A stretch of 64,000 nt of DNA. It comes from Nitrospirales bacterium. Lineage in GTDB: Bacteria; Nitrospirota; Nitrospiria; Nitrospirales; UBA8639. Of this stretch, positions 46,506-57,809 are shown in pieces. Position 1 is the stretch's first letter; the number at the start of each line of letters is the position of its first letter. A model generated the notes under the pieces. It saw only the letters and a program-made list of their open reading frames with translations, was not told the origin of the DNA and made no database searches. The stretch spans positions 64,001-128,000 of the forward strand of contig CBDBCZ010000018.1 of the NCBI GenBank assembly GCA_965203295.1. Direction: 5' to 3'. The position numbers were made by a program, and so were the translations under genes.

Positions 46506-47641
46506 TTAACCCTTTAAACCCCGTAGACATCTACACAATGTTCTTGTACACGTTTTGCACTGTTTCCTAAAACAAGGTTTTATTATTTTCTTAGGTTTAA
46601 ACAGTGTGAATGGAAATTGTTTCTGTTGTCTGAATGTATGGGGATGTTTCCCTGTGTACATGACTGGGGTTGACGTTGATGGACTTTGATTCAGATGTGT
46701 GCCCTTGCCTGGGTTAGGGTTCTGGGTTGCGCCCCTAAAATGTGTCCCTCGGCCCTTCGGAGCGTCCCTAAACGGCGTCCCTCCTTGGAATGTCCCTCAG
46801 CAATGTTATAGCGTCCCTCGGCTTTTGATAGAAAAACATTTGTGTCCCTCTGTTATATAAATCTTTTAATTGGAGTCCCTACTCAGTTGTATAGTGGTAC
46901 TATAGAGTAATGGGTAAAATTGGTAGAACAATAGTTGCTGTAAAATATTGATGGCTAAGGTGTATGCATAATAAAGAATGCTGGAATCAAGAACAACAAT
47001 AACTAGAGGTCTCTAGCAGAGACATACCCCGCGCTCCTGGACCATGCAGACTGTAGCGCCGTATGCGAGCTGTAGGCATGGCTGATCGCCGTAGTAATGA
47101 TACATGCGTTTCTCTACGTATACTCCAGTATGCTTCTATCTGAATATCTCTTCTAAGCTCCATGTTGAATATAACCCTTTACACCCGAACGCGCATGCGC
47201 AGATGTGACGGCGTGCCACGAGACTTTTCTGAGTAAAATGGCGTCAAATTAATGGCTCGCGGAACTCGGCGAGAATCTCGGAAAAGAAGCGACTTTGTGT
47301 ACTGCAAGCGGGTTTTATTCGAAAGCTTATTTATATTGGATCCTGTTTACGTCAAAAATAGAAAGCAATCTTCAAGACTTAAACCCGTGACCGGCGACAT
47401 TTTGCTCTATCGCGCCGCGTTACTTTGGAGCGGGAGTTGCTGGAGCATCTGACGACTCTGGGTGAAGTTCACGCCGCTAAAGGTAGGTATAATGGTAAGG
47501 GATAATAAACGGGATGGGTTTGGTCGTATAGTTTGATTGTCTGCGTTTTAGTGTGAAGAGGAGAGGGTGGAGTTTGACCTACATGTAGACATGCATTGAA
47601 TATACACAATGAAGAATAGCAAGTACCCAAGTAGTGCACAG

Positions 47642-50160
47642 TTATGTGTAGCTATGCTCAGTGTGGTATTGGATAAAACAACCACCACGGCATAAATTTA
47701 TGCCACATCTATTACATCCGAAGGTGGTCTCCGGAGTGCGCCCAGAAGGAGTTTTGACCGCAAGCCTTGAGCAGTTGACGCATGCTCGTTTCCTACCAGT
47801 GAACTTCACTTCCTGATGGCCTGGAAGGTTCGGTAGGGCTACTGTGTTGTCCACTGTTGTGCACTTCCGCTTTCGACCTGGGTATCGCTTCCTTCCACAG
47901 AAGCCACCGATTAGCTGTTTGGCAAGATCAAGTTTGAAGTGCAGCAACGAACGGCGGCTCCTGGATGAATGCGAGTGCGGAGAAGTGCGCTCCAGAATCA
48001 GGGCGTTGATGACCGAGACATCCAGCAGGAACCAAAAAAGGTACCTCCACCACTTTTTACCTGAGCGGCCGGAGGGGTAGTATGACCGTAACTGGTCGCT
48101 CAGATCAACCCCCCCCCATTGACTGATTGTAAGAGCGAATGGGTGCGGGTATGCTGGTGTCCCGAACATGAGGGGGCTGTTTGGATCGTCGTTGGACCGT
48201 AACAGTCTCATTCGGGTCGGAATTCGACGAAAGTACGGCAACCTGTCGTTTGTCGAACCAAACTGTCAGAAGCTGGTGACCCTTCTGTAGTTGACGGATT
48301 TCCCCAGGCTTGAGCTTGATGGATGCTCTGCCTACCTTGAAGGGAGGAGGGTACCTGTTGGCCCGGAGGGTTCCACATCCGTACGTACCAGCCCGCAGCA
48401 ATTCCTCCATTAACTCTTGAGAGTTGAAGAAATTGTCAAAACACAAGTGATGGTTGGACTGGTGAAAAGGCTTGCTGATATCCATCACTACTCTCGTGCC
48501 TAAGGCTTGCCCAGCACGGTCACTGGGGGGAGCTTTGCCGAGGTACACTTCGAAGTTGCTGACATAGCCGGTTTTGGATTCAGCTAACATCCACACCTTA
48601 ATCCCCCATTTCACAGGCTTCTTCGGTAGGTACTGTCGGAAGAACACTCGCCCCTTGTACTTGACCATGGCCTCATCGATGCTCAGATCTCTGTCTGGCA
48701 CATACTGCTCCAGGAATGTGCGCTCGCACATGGTCAGCAAAGGCCTGACCTTGTATAAGGCATCATGACTGGGATCGTCCCTGGCTGGCTGTTGTTGGGA
48801 GTCATTCATATGGAGGTATCGGCACAGTGACTCAAAACGGTCTCGAGTGAAGACTCGTTGGATCCCTACGTTCCCGAGGAACTCATCAGTTGACCAATAG
48901 TTGCAGAGCTCAGGCTTTTGGTCAATGCCCATGATCATGTTGACCCCAACGAACGCTTTCATCTCCTCTGGAGTAGTTGGGTACCATTTCACATCTGGCT
49001 TACTCGTCTGTCTCTGCTCTGCATACAGGTTGGTCTCGGTGGCAAGACGCTCGAAGAAAGATGGCTCCCAGAAGAGGCTGAAGATATGCAATGGCATGGT
49101 GTCTGGTCCGAGCTGGTGCACTGGGCCCGGAGTCTCGGTGAAGGGAGCAATTTGGATGCGATGAAGGTCGCTCGACCATTCCTTGCCAATCATGTCATTG
49201 ATAGCTGCATAGAAAGGTGAGAAAGTGTAATGTATTGAGAGAACATACCAACAATTTGTGAAGACTACATGGTGGTGGTGGTAGTAATGGCGGAGCGAGG
49301 GTGTCTGGTGTTTGCGGTGGGTTCCGCTCTTGTGTGGGTGGGGAATGGGGGTCCGGTGTTGGGGGAGGGTTGATCTCATCCCGTGTGGGTGGGGTACGGG
49401 GGTCCGGTGTTGGGGGAGGGTTGATCTCATCCCGTGTGAGTGGGGTGCGGGGGTCCGGTGTTGGGGGAGGGTAGATCTCATCCCGTGTGGGTGGGGAGTT
49501 GAGATAGTCTGTGAAGTGAGAATGCATAAAATAATCTGCAGGTATAATATGGACAATGATTGCCGGCTTCAGCAAAATCGTGTAATGCAGCTGTTGTGTC
49601 ATAAGAAGAGGTAACTGATTATATATGAACATGAAAGTGGTTCCAGCACTTGGGCATTCTCTGGTGACATCACAGTGCATTTTGTGATTTTTTCTCAATC
49701 CATCTATTGGACTATTATGCTTACCGTCATCTGTTTCGTTCCAGCCATCCATCTCATGGGGGGAAACCGGGACCTCAGGGGAAGTATTGGCCCCTATTGC
49801 GAAGCAGAGAATGGAATGATCTGCCGCTGAACAAACTAAGTGTCATGATTTACCTCTTTCCGCTCTGTCGGCATATGTGGTGGAATTTCCTTCATCTTCA
49901 ACATCATCCCAGTTGTCACCATCTGTGCACATGCAGGTTCTGAATGTAATGTGCATGCATCATGTCTAATAGTTGTATATTAGTATCTACATGTACCAGC
50001 AAATCTGTCAGCACTCCAGTCCTCACTTATCTCCACCTCTAGGTCTGATTCGTCGGAGTCTAGTGGAGCCTCAACATAAGAAAGGCCAAACTGAGCCTCA
50101 AAGAGCTGCCTGTCTGCCAGGATCTCATCCAAGGCGCTGCCATTTGATGTAGAAGCCATG
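47642..50160 (-). pseudogene. PB4 transposase, multi-exon; +1 frameshift in the homopolymer at 48109-48117
   Basis: SIDEAMV, CFDNFFN; MGG|VDLSDQ is split across frames; CRD CVNC..CNRCGINLC..CFIQYH. Confidence 0.85.
49320..49500. repeat. 54-bp tandem repeat (about three copies) inside PB4
   Basis: GGGGTCCGGTGTTGGGGGAGGGT(T/A)GATCTCATCCCGTG repeated. Confidence 0.85.
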
Positions 50161-50999
50161 CCTGCAGCTCTCCATTCAATGTGCTCTGTTACTGCAGCTG
50201 CATGCTTCGTGATTGGAGCCTTTTTCATTTACCTGTTACTTATGTAAACTGATGGTGTAAGTGTAAACTTGTGGTTGGATTTTCGGGGAAAATCCCTATT
50301 AGTCCCTCCCATTGCTTATAGTGCACGAGAAAGTGTAGCCTGCGAGTACTGCATACTGACGCTTTACTGGTAAGTTGAACGCGCTGTGACGAAATGATGC
50401 TCGTTTAAGTATGACCGCCTCTTTACGGGCGCATGCGGGCGCTCTCGGGGTTTGTACGTACTTAAATATTGGGCGCATACGGGCGCTATCGGGTGTAAAG
50501 GGATAAAGACTCGTATACCCTACTCGAGGGCTCGCATATGTTCGTATTCAAGCTGTAGGCGTGACCAACTGCCGTATTAAAAAAGGCGTGACCACTTGCC
50601 GTATTAAAAAAATGGTGGAACACACCGATAATCAGAAACAGTGTGGAAATGCCGAGAATAAAACCGCTTTACTATGTCAGGTACAGACAGGCTAATGTAT
50701 CACGGATTTCAGCGTTTGTCTTCGGTTTAGAAGTCGTTATAGCCTCTAAATCGCCCGTTTGAGAGATTTTTCAAAAATTTTTATGATAACGACAACGACG
50801 ACGACGACAACAGACGGACAAAACCGATTACGCGCGCGGGGTAAATATAGCATGGTGGTACTCCCCCCCCAAGGCTGGTAAGCATTCACTTCTGCTTCCT
50901 ACCCGAGAGCCCGAGGCCGCAGAGGCCGGGGAAGTCGATCCGGAGAGAGCTCTGCAGGCAGAAACACACTACATTACTGAACACTAGAAAAACCAAACC

Positions 51000-51765
51000 G
51001 AAACCCACTTGTAACCCTACAGATTATGTTATAAACCTATCATCATGTAATCTATCAGACACTGAGATATCTATTCTGGCTAAAGGCCTTTCATTTATTC
51101 CTAAACCTAAAAACCTAAACATACTTGACCTCTATCATGACACCAATCTATTTGTAAAGAGAATGCGAACCCGCTTTGAACTATTTGGTAAACCTACCAA
51201 ACCTAAATCTCCCTTTTGGAAACCCCACCCAAACACTAACCAACAACCTACACCTGAACATAGACTACGCTCAGTCCTCAAACGATAACCTCACTAGACG
51301 TGAGTGTATAGCACTTTCAAACCTTATGGAAAGGACTGACATAGTTATAAACAAAGCCGATAAAGGCTCTACTATTGTAGTCCAGGATAGACTCCAATAC
51401 ATTGAAGATGATCTTAAACATCTCTCAGATACAACCGTATATGAATTATTATTGTCAGACATCACACCCTTGATCAAAGAAGGGATCCAAACAAAACTAC
51501 ATGGTCTATATGTCACCGGCATGCTAGACAAAGAAATGAAAGAGTTCTGTGTACCACCAAAAAATCACAGAACCTCCACACTATATTTTCTTAAAAAGAT
51601 TCACAAGAATCCTATGGGAATCAGACCCATCGTGTCTAGCTGCAGCAGTGTCACTGAAAATATCTCACAATTAGTAGATATTTGGTTACAACCAATCATG
51701 AGGAAACTTCCCTCTTTGATCAAAGACACTACAGAGTTTATAAACTTAATCGAAGGGACTCCTTT
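51000..51765 (+). pseudogene. Penelope-like reverse transcriptase N-terminal fragment, truncated
   Basis: VINLSS..ILAKGLSFIPKP, INKADKGSTIVV, YFLKKIHK, IRPIVSSC, IKDTTEFI; ends before the catalytic core. Confidence 0.82.
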
Positions 51766-51986
51766 CCAGTATTGCAGTTATGACTACCCATTCTCTTTTC
51801 TGAAGACTTCGATGGTAGTGTACAAGAGAGTCAAGCTATGGATGAAGGTAAGCTGGAATGATCAACATACATTATGAAATGAAGTGTATGTGCTGTAACT
51901 AGTAAATCATTTTATTTTGGCCTTGGAAGACTACACCCAATGTCAGCCAACCACTTCGAAGGGCACATGGCGCCGCTTCGTGTTTA

Positions 51987-53767
51987 TTGAAGAAAAGAAA
52001 ACCAAGATCGACAATATATACTATCGTAAGTGTCCAGTGCCTGGATGTCGCTCAAAAAAGGCGCAAAAAAAAGCTACCCAATCACTCTGACTATGCACAC
52101 AAGAACTTGACCCCACAACAGCGTGACTACTACCTGGAAGTGGCAAAGCGTGTGCCAAGAAAGGACTCCAAGAAGAAAGTAATACCCAAAATAAAAGGCC
52201 AGTTGGCACTCCACCAAGTGGTCAAGCCACCAAGCCCAGACGTATCCAGTGATGAAGACGTGAAAGAGGAAGCACCAACTACAGCAGGAACACGGGAATT
52301 CCCACGGTATGACATCAAGGGGGACACCACCCTGATCTCCTTCCGCCAGCACCTTCAGAGCATGGATGGGAAGGATAAATCAGAGAAGGTTGCCAACGAG
52401 ATGGCCACAGATGTTTCTAAATTCCTGAAGTTTGCCTGCGGAGAGCAGGTCGTCCCTGATTGGCGCAGGTTGTTGGATCGGGACCAAATCATGGCATTCA
52501 TGGACAAACTTGAATGCCATGGTTGTGGTTCTGATGGTAGGGTGACAAAGCTGGATGCCATTGATGCTGCCCTACGCTTTTTCAGGCTCGAGCTCCTCAA
52601 AGACGATCCAAGCAATGTCCTGTATGCAAAAGCTATGAAGATAACTGAAACCATCAAGGGTTGGAAGGCCACCCTCCGCAAGCAGAAGACCAGGAAGCGA
52701 ATCCAGCGCATGGAGGAGCTAAGTGCAGAAGCAGATTCATTATCTCTCGAGGATGTTGAAAACATTATCCATGTGGATGCAATGTGGAGTGATTTTACCT
52801 CACTCGCTGACAGGCTGGGGAAGGGTTTGCCTGTTACCGATGCTGAACTCAATTCCTGCACAGTTATGGTCGCCACATTGATAACCTTCCGTAGTTGGCA
52901 GCGACCTGGGGCTGCATACCACCCGACACTGAAAGAATGGGGGAGAAGAACTGAGACAAAAGATGGGAAAGATGTGTCGGTGGTTATTAAGGTTCTGAAG
53001 CACAAGACCGGACTCTCTGGCAGTGCCAAAGTGGTGCTCAAGCCAGCTGACTACTCCAAGGTCTTGGCATACGTAACCACCATGAGGCGCTTTCTGGATC
53101 CTCAGAACAATTCGCCTTACCTGCTGTGCCTGAGTGGGGGACGACAACTTACCACCTTCAATGCTCGCTTAAAGACTCTGTCTAAGAATTACGGCTTTGA
53201 ACACATGACGGCAACTAAGGTCAGAAAGATCACTGCTACAGAGGCCGCTCTAAAGCTGACTGGGCCGCAAGCTGCCCTCGTGTCAAAGCAGCTGTCGCAC
53301 ACACCGGACACTGATGCCAAGTTTTATCAGCCCCTTTCTGGGCCACAGCACGCAGCGCTTGCTGTGAGCTTCCTTAGTAAGGACAAGCCAAAAAAATGGA
53401 GCCTCAGCCGAATCCACAGCCACAGCCTCAGAGTCTCATCCCTAGGACACAGCCTCAGATGGATGCACAGCCACAGTCACAACCTAACCCCAACCCTGAG
53501 CTTCAGCCACAGCCCCAAGCTGACCAGGCTGCCAGTGACCCTCAGACACCAAACAAATCTCCAGTGAAGGTGACAAAGAAGAAGAGATGTTTCACTAAGG
53601 ATGAGACAGAGACCGTGCGTATGTACTTTGAGGACTATATCCAATCAAGAAATACTCCCAACTTGGAGGAATGCAAGAATTTTTGCATCAACCACCCCAT
53701 GAACAGGTGCAAACAGCAGATCCAGGATAAGGTAAAGGATCTTATCAAGCGGGCCAAGCTAGGATGA
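51987..53767 (+). pseudogene. Tyrosine recombinase YR3 with an N-terminal zinc finger and a C-terminal Myb/SANT-like domain; frameshifted at both ends
   Basis: CPVPGC..NH..AH across an A-run; SWQRPGA, LKHKT, TKVRK, LSHT..KFYQ; FTKDETETV..QIQDKVK in the 53396-53767 frame. Confidence 0.82.
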
Positions 53768-54574
53768 TTATTATACATATCCAGAACTCTATACTAACGT
53801 GATTGTTGCTACATACCCCAACTCTACACTCCCTCAGGATGATTGCTACATACATAGTCAGATTGTTACATATCATATACTGTTAATAATTCACCAATAT
53901 CGACAAAGAAAAGAAAAAGTTTGTAATTTTCCCCTGATGACATCACCATGGAAATGTTCCTACCAAATTTCAGACCGCATCACTGAGCTCCAGTCAGCTC
54001 CTTCCGGTTTCCATCACGATGGACACATGACCCGGTCACTTCCTGCCAATCCTCATTGCCATCACACTTTTGTGCAATGGTTAACTGAACTTTGGTAGGA
54101 GCTCTTTCCATGAGGATGTCATTTCTTCGCATTGGGTAATCCTTTTCACAGCGAGAACACTACCTAAAGGAGATAAGAATGAATGCAGTCATGTTTTTCT
54201 GCATAATGCAACAGTATACAGTAATGGTGTTACAGTATCGTAGCTCCTATTGTTCCTAACTCTAACTCACAAATACCCAAGGTCATTGCATGAGTGAGAA
54301 GAGTGTGCTGTAAAATGGGACGTGTAACCATTCCGGGCCCCTGCAATGGTAAAAAAAGTCTAAATAGTTACTGTATATTTAGTGCAACGTCCCATTTTCA
54401 ACAGTGCAGGACGGCTAATATTAACACTGAGAAAAGACAAAAAGGCTAAGGATGGAATCAGAAGTGTCCCAGAAAAAGGCCCATTGTCCCAGAAATCACA
54501 AAAAAACGTCCCGATAGGCGGGAAATGGGACCTTTCGGGGGCATTTGGGACGCTTTTTGGGACGATAACCATGG

Positions 54575-54619
54575 CCCTAACCCTAACCCTAACCCTAACC
54601 CTGACCCTAACCCTAACCC
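54575..54619 (+). repeat. Interstitial telomeric repeat (CCCTAA)7
   Basis: Read directly; one CCCTGA variant. Confidence 0.95.
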
Positions 54620-55865
54620 AACACGAGGTTGCCACAGATACTTTAGGGACGTAACCAAAGCATCCCACCCAGAGTGTTGTCAAAGTGCCGCAGTTTAGGC
54701 TGACACTGTGAGATTGCTTTAGGGATACAACCAAAAGTGTGCAGAAAAATGCATGAGGTTACCACCGATGTTTAGGGACGTAACTAACATGTCCTTCCGA
54801 AGTGTGACCAAACTGATGCTCGAATCTAAGCTAACACTGTACAGGTGTATGCATGAGGAATTAGAGACATAACCATTACCATTGTGCAGTTCATGCTCAT
54901 GAAAATCCAGAGTTAAAGTGCAGTGATTGCTATAACGCTGACAAATTATTCAGGGTAATAATTACTTCCACTAAAGTGTAAGTTTGCCAAGTTGTAGTGA
55001 CAAGTGTCTTTTTTCACCCAGAGTGTGATTGATGTCACCTACCAAACGGATGTACAACCCAAGCACAAAGGTAAAACTTTGCCAGACCTCCATTTTGCCG
55101 TTAGTGTGACCGTAAAGCTAATTCCCATTTATCGCAACAGCTTACCCTTTAGCCACTTCCATCTTTCATCCAGGTTTAGAGCAAACAATTGATCTCACAG
55201 ACTCACCACAGGTTAGCTTAGTTGAACTGCAGTGTATTCGGTCTAAATCTACAAGTTCTAGTACCTACAATAAGTATACACCTAGTTAGTTTTGGCCAAT
55301 GTAACGGTTTTAACAGTGATCAATGCAGTGCCTTAAGCAAGCAGAATGTAGAGTTTGGGTTTGGTAAATGTTAACTGCTGGCAGGTAGTGTACATTACTA
55401 ATCTTTTCATCATAGCCTTCAAAGAAGCCAGTGCCAGCCTCTTTGCCGGCTGAAGCTGTAATAGAGCTGGGAGAAACTGTACGTGATGTTTGTGCTTGTA
55501 TGCGATTTAATTTAACCCTTCCATCACTTTAACTCTTGAAGGAAATGGCAACAGAGACACCCAGGAGGCATAAGAAGATGAAAAGGGTGTCTCCTCCAGC
55601 CAGTCCAGAGGTCGGCGTGCGGACAAAGGCAAAAGTTAGACCTATTTTATGAATACTTTATTTACTGTCCAGCACTTGACATTAAATCATTTGAAACCCT
55701 GACTTCCACTGAACTATCTTCCCAACAGTGAAAAAGGAAGCTTGTATACTCTGATTCAGAGGGCGGGCAGCTCCAAAAGAGTAAGGTTCTTTCTTGTAGT
55801 GGAACATACATCTGAGCTCACGATTTGTCATTTCAGGGCCGAAAGGCAGATCAGAAAGTAGTCCG

Positions 55866-57168
55866 TTGAAGGTCCGCTTTCATGCTCAGCTATTTCGTCT
55901 CTGTGCAAAGAGGCAGCGAAAGCTGGTGAAGCAGTTCATCCTCGAGGAAGCAACCGTGAGTAGACAGCAAGAGGCAGATGATGACGAAGAGAGCGAGGAA
56001 GAGTTCCAGGAAATAGCGGCCAGCGAAGACAACTGGGAATGTGAGAATGGTGGCAACGGCGGCGATTTCGAAGGGAGTGAGGACCTGGATGCTAGTGGCC
56101 ACAGCCTAGATCCCAAGGATGATAGCGGTAGTGAGAGTGATCACAATCAGCAGAAGCGTCCCAGGGTCAAGTCTACTTGCCGTCACTATGCCGACAACCG
56201 CTACTGGGTTAAGGCCACAGAAGAGAGACACACTACGAACGCTATCTGAGGAGGCGCTCTCCCTTGACGAAGTGACCGCGGTAGTGGAAAATCCACGCAT
56301 ATGGCACGACTTTCGTAAAGTGACGAAGAAGATTCAGGACGGCGGCAGCATCTCCAAGGAGGAGCAGGATCTCTGCACATCAACGATTCTGGTTCTGATG
56401 CTCTTTCAGAACTGGCAGCGACCTGGAGCGGTTGTCAACATGCTCGCCAGCGAGTACCGTTTGGCTGCACTAGTTTTGGAGAAGGGCAGGGAAGAGCAGG
56501 TGATTTCTATAACTGAGCATAAGACCAAGCTCAATGGGCCAGCACACACAACTTTGGAGGGGGAAGATGTCAAGCTAGTCAGGGATTACTATAATCTCAT
56601 ACGTCCGTATTGCGATCCGAAAGCAGTTGCCTCTATTTTCTGGCACTAAGCGGCGGGCGTAGGATTTCAAATGCCAACTATTATGCCCAGAAGCTAGGTC
56701 GTCAATACGATCTAGACGTTCCCAGTGCGACCCGTGTAAAAAAAATTAGTTCCACCGTATCAGTTCTATTTATCACGCAGCGCTGCAGAGACCTCCCTGC
56801 TGGCAACCCAAATTGGCCACAGCCACGCTATCCAGCAGGAACATCACCAGGCCATTACTGGTTAAAAACATGCAGCAACAGCTCATGCATTGCGAGAACA
56901 ACTGCGCAAGAAATCCAAGCCAAAAACCGCAGTTTCCTCCTCAGAGTCTTCCTCGGAGGACGTGGTGGAGCGGAAACCGAAGCAGAGAAAGTCATTCACA
57001 CCGTCAGAGACAGCTAAGATTGAGGAGTGGTTTAAAGTCTCGATAGAAAGTGGGACCACTCCAGGCAGGCTCCTCTGCAAGGACTTCATTGACGGAACAA
57101 ATTTCGACCGCGAACCAAAACATATCCAGGACAAGGTCCGCAATATAATCAAGCAGCGTAAAAAGTAA
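55866..57168 (+). pseudogene. Tyrosine recombinase YR4, degenerate (internal deletion, frameshifts, catalytic Tyr apparently lost)
   Basis: NWQRPGA, TEHKT, SATRVKK, QIGHS..QEHHQ; Myb-like FTPSETAKI..HIQDKVR. Confidence 0.75.
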
Positions 57169-57809
57169 CTTAGCTACCTTAAACTGAATGCTTTATTAGC
57201 AAAGTGGTTACAGTAATCATCGTATGAACTGTTGAGTTTTCTGAGTTATCCTTCCTAACTACGTATTTTATCTATAATCCTTTGATCTTGATTTTGCATT
57301 TGTTCTTAGGATTTTTTCTGCTTATGTACTTTAGTTGATTGCACATTTTATGACGAAACTGAGTTGACCTATCCATAACATATCCTGCCCTCCTTCAATA
57401 TCTCAGCAATGGCTGATCCACCCATCCCTCCTCAAGGTTATTCCTGATTCACTGATTGGCTGAGCAGCTGCACAATCCCTCGAAGTAGGTGTCACTTCAA
57501 AATTACAAAACCAGACTAATAATGTGCCACATCAAAATTGCGGAAAGCACCAGATTGAATTTGTGGCACATTTCAAAACTAACACTGCCATAATTGTGGC
57601 ACTTGCAAGCAAACTTTTGCAGCAGCTAACTTCACCTGCCGCTGCCACAGTGGGAAAATTGTGGCAGGAAAACCTCAAACGGCGGGAGATTTTGTGGCGC
57701 CTGACGTCAGCTGCCGCTGCCACAATTTGGCCAATGTGGCCTGAGGTTGGCCACAATTGGCTGAATGTGGCACTTTATGTGCCGCAAACTGAGGCCCTAA
57801 CCCTAATGC

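Larger units (their letters stand above)
47175..50502 (-). mobile_element. piggyBac PB4 with ATAA target-site duplication
   Basis: 14-bp perfect TIR CCCTTTACACCCGA; ATAA at 47171-47174 and 50503-50506. Confidence 0.9.
47003..50845. mobile_element. Short non-autonomous element (Helentron/DINE-like layout) split by PB4
   Basis: Subterminal inverted repeat TACCCCGCGC (~47026) / GCGCGGGGTA (~50834) and a (GAC)n microsatellite near the 3' end; the family call is inference. Confidence 0.4.

Noticed and set aside
33730..46525. piggyBac-like ends at ~33741 (AAGGG|TTAA) and ~46510 (TTAA|CCCTTTAAACCCCG) as one element
   Set aside because: They face away from each other and no partner TIRs were found in the window.
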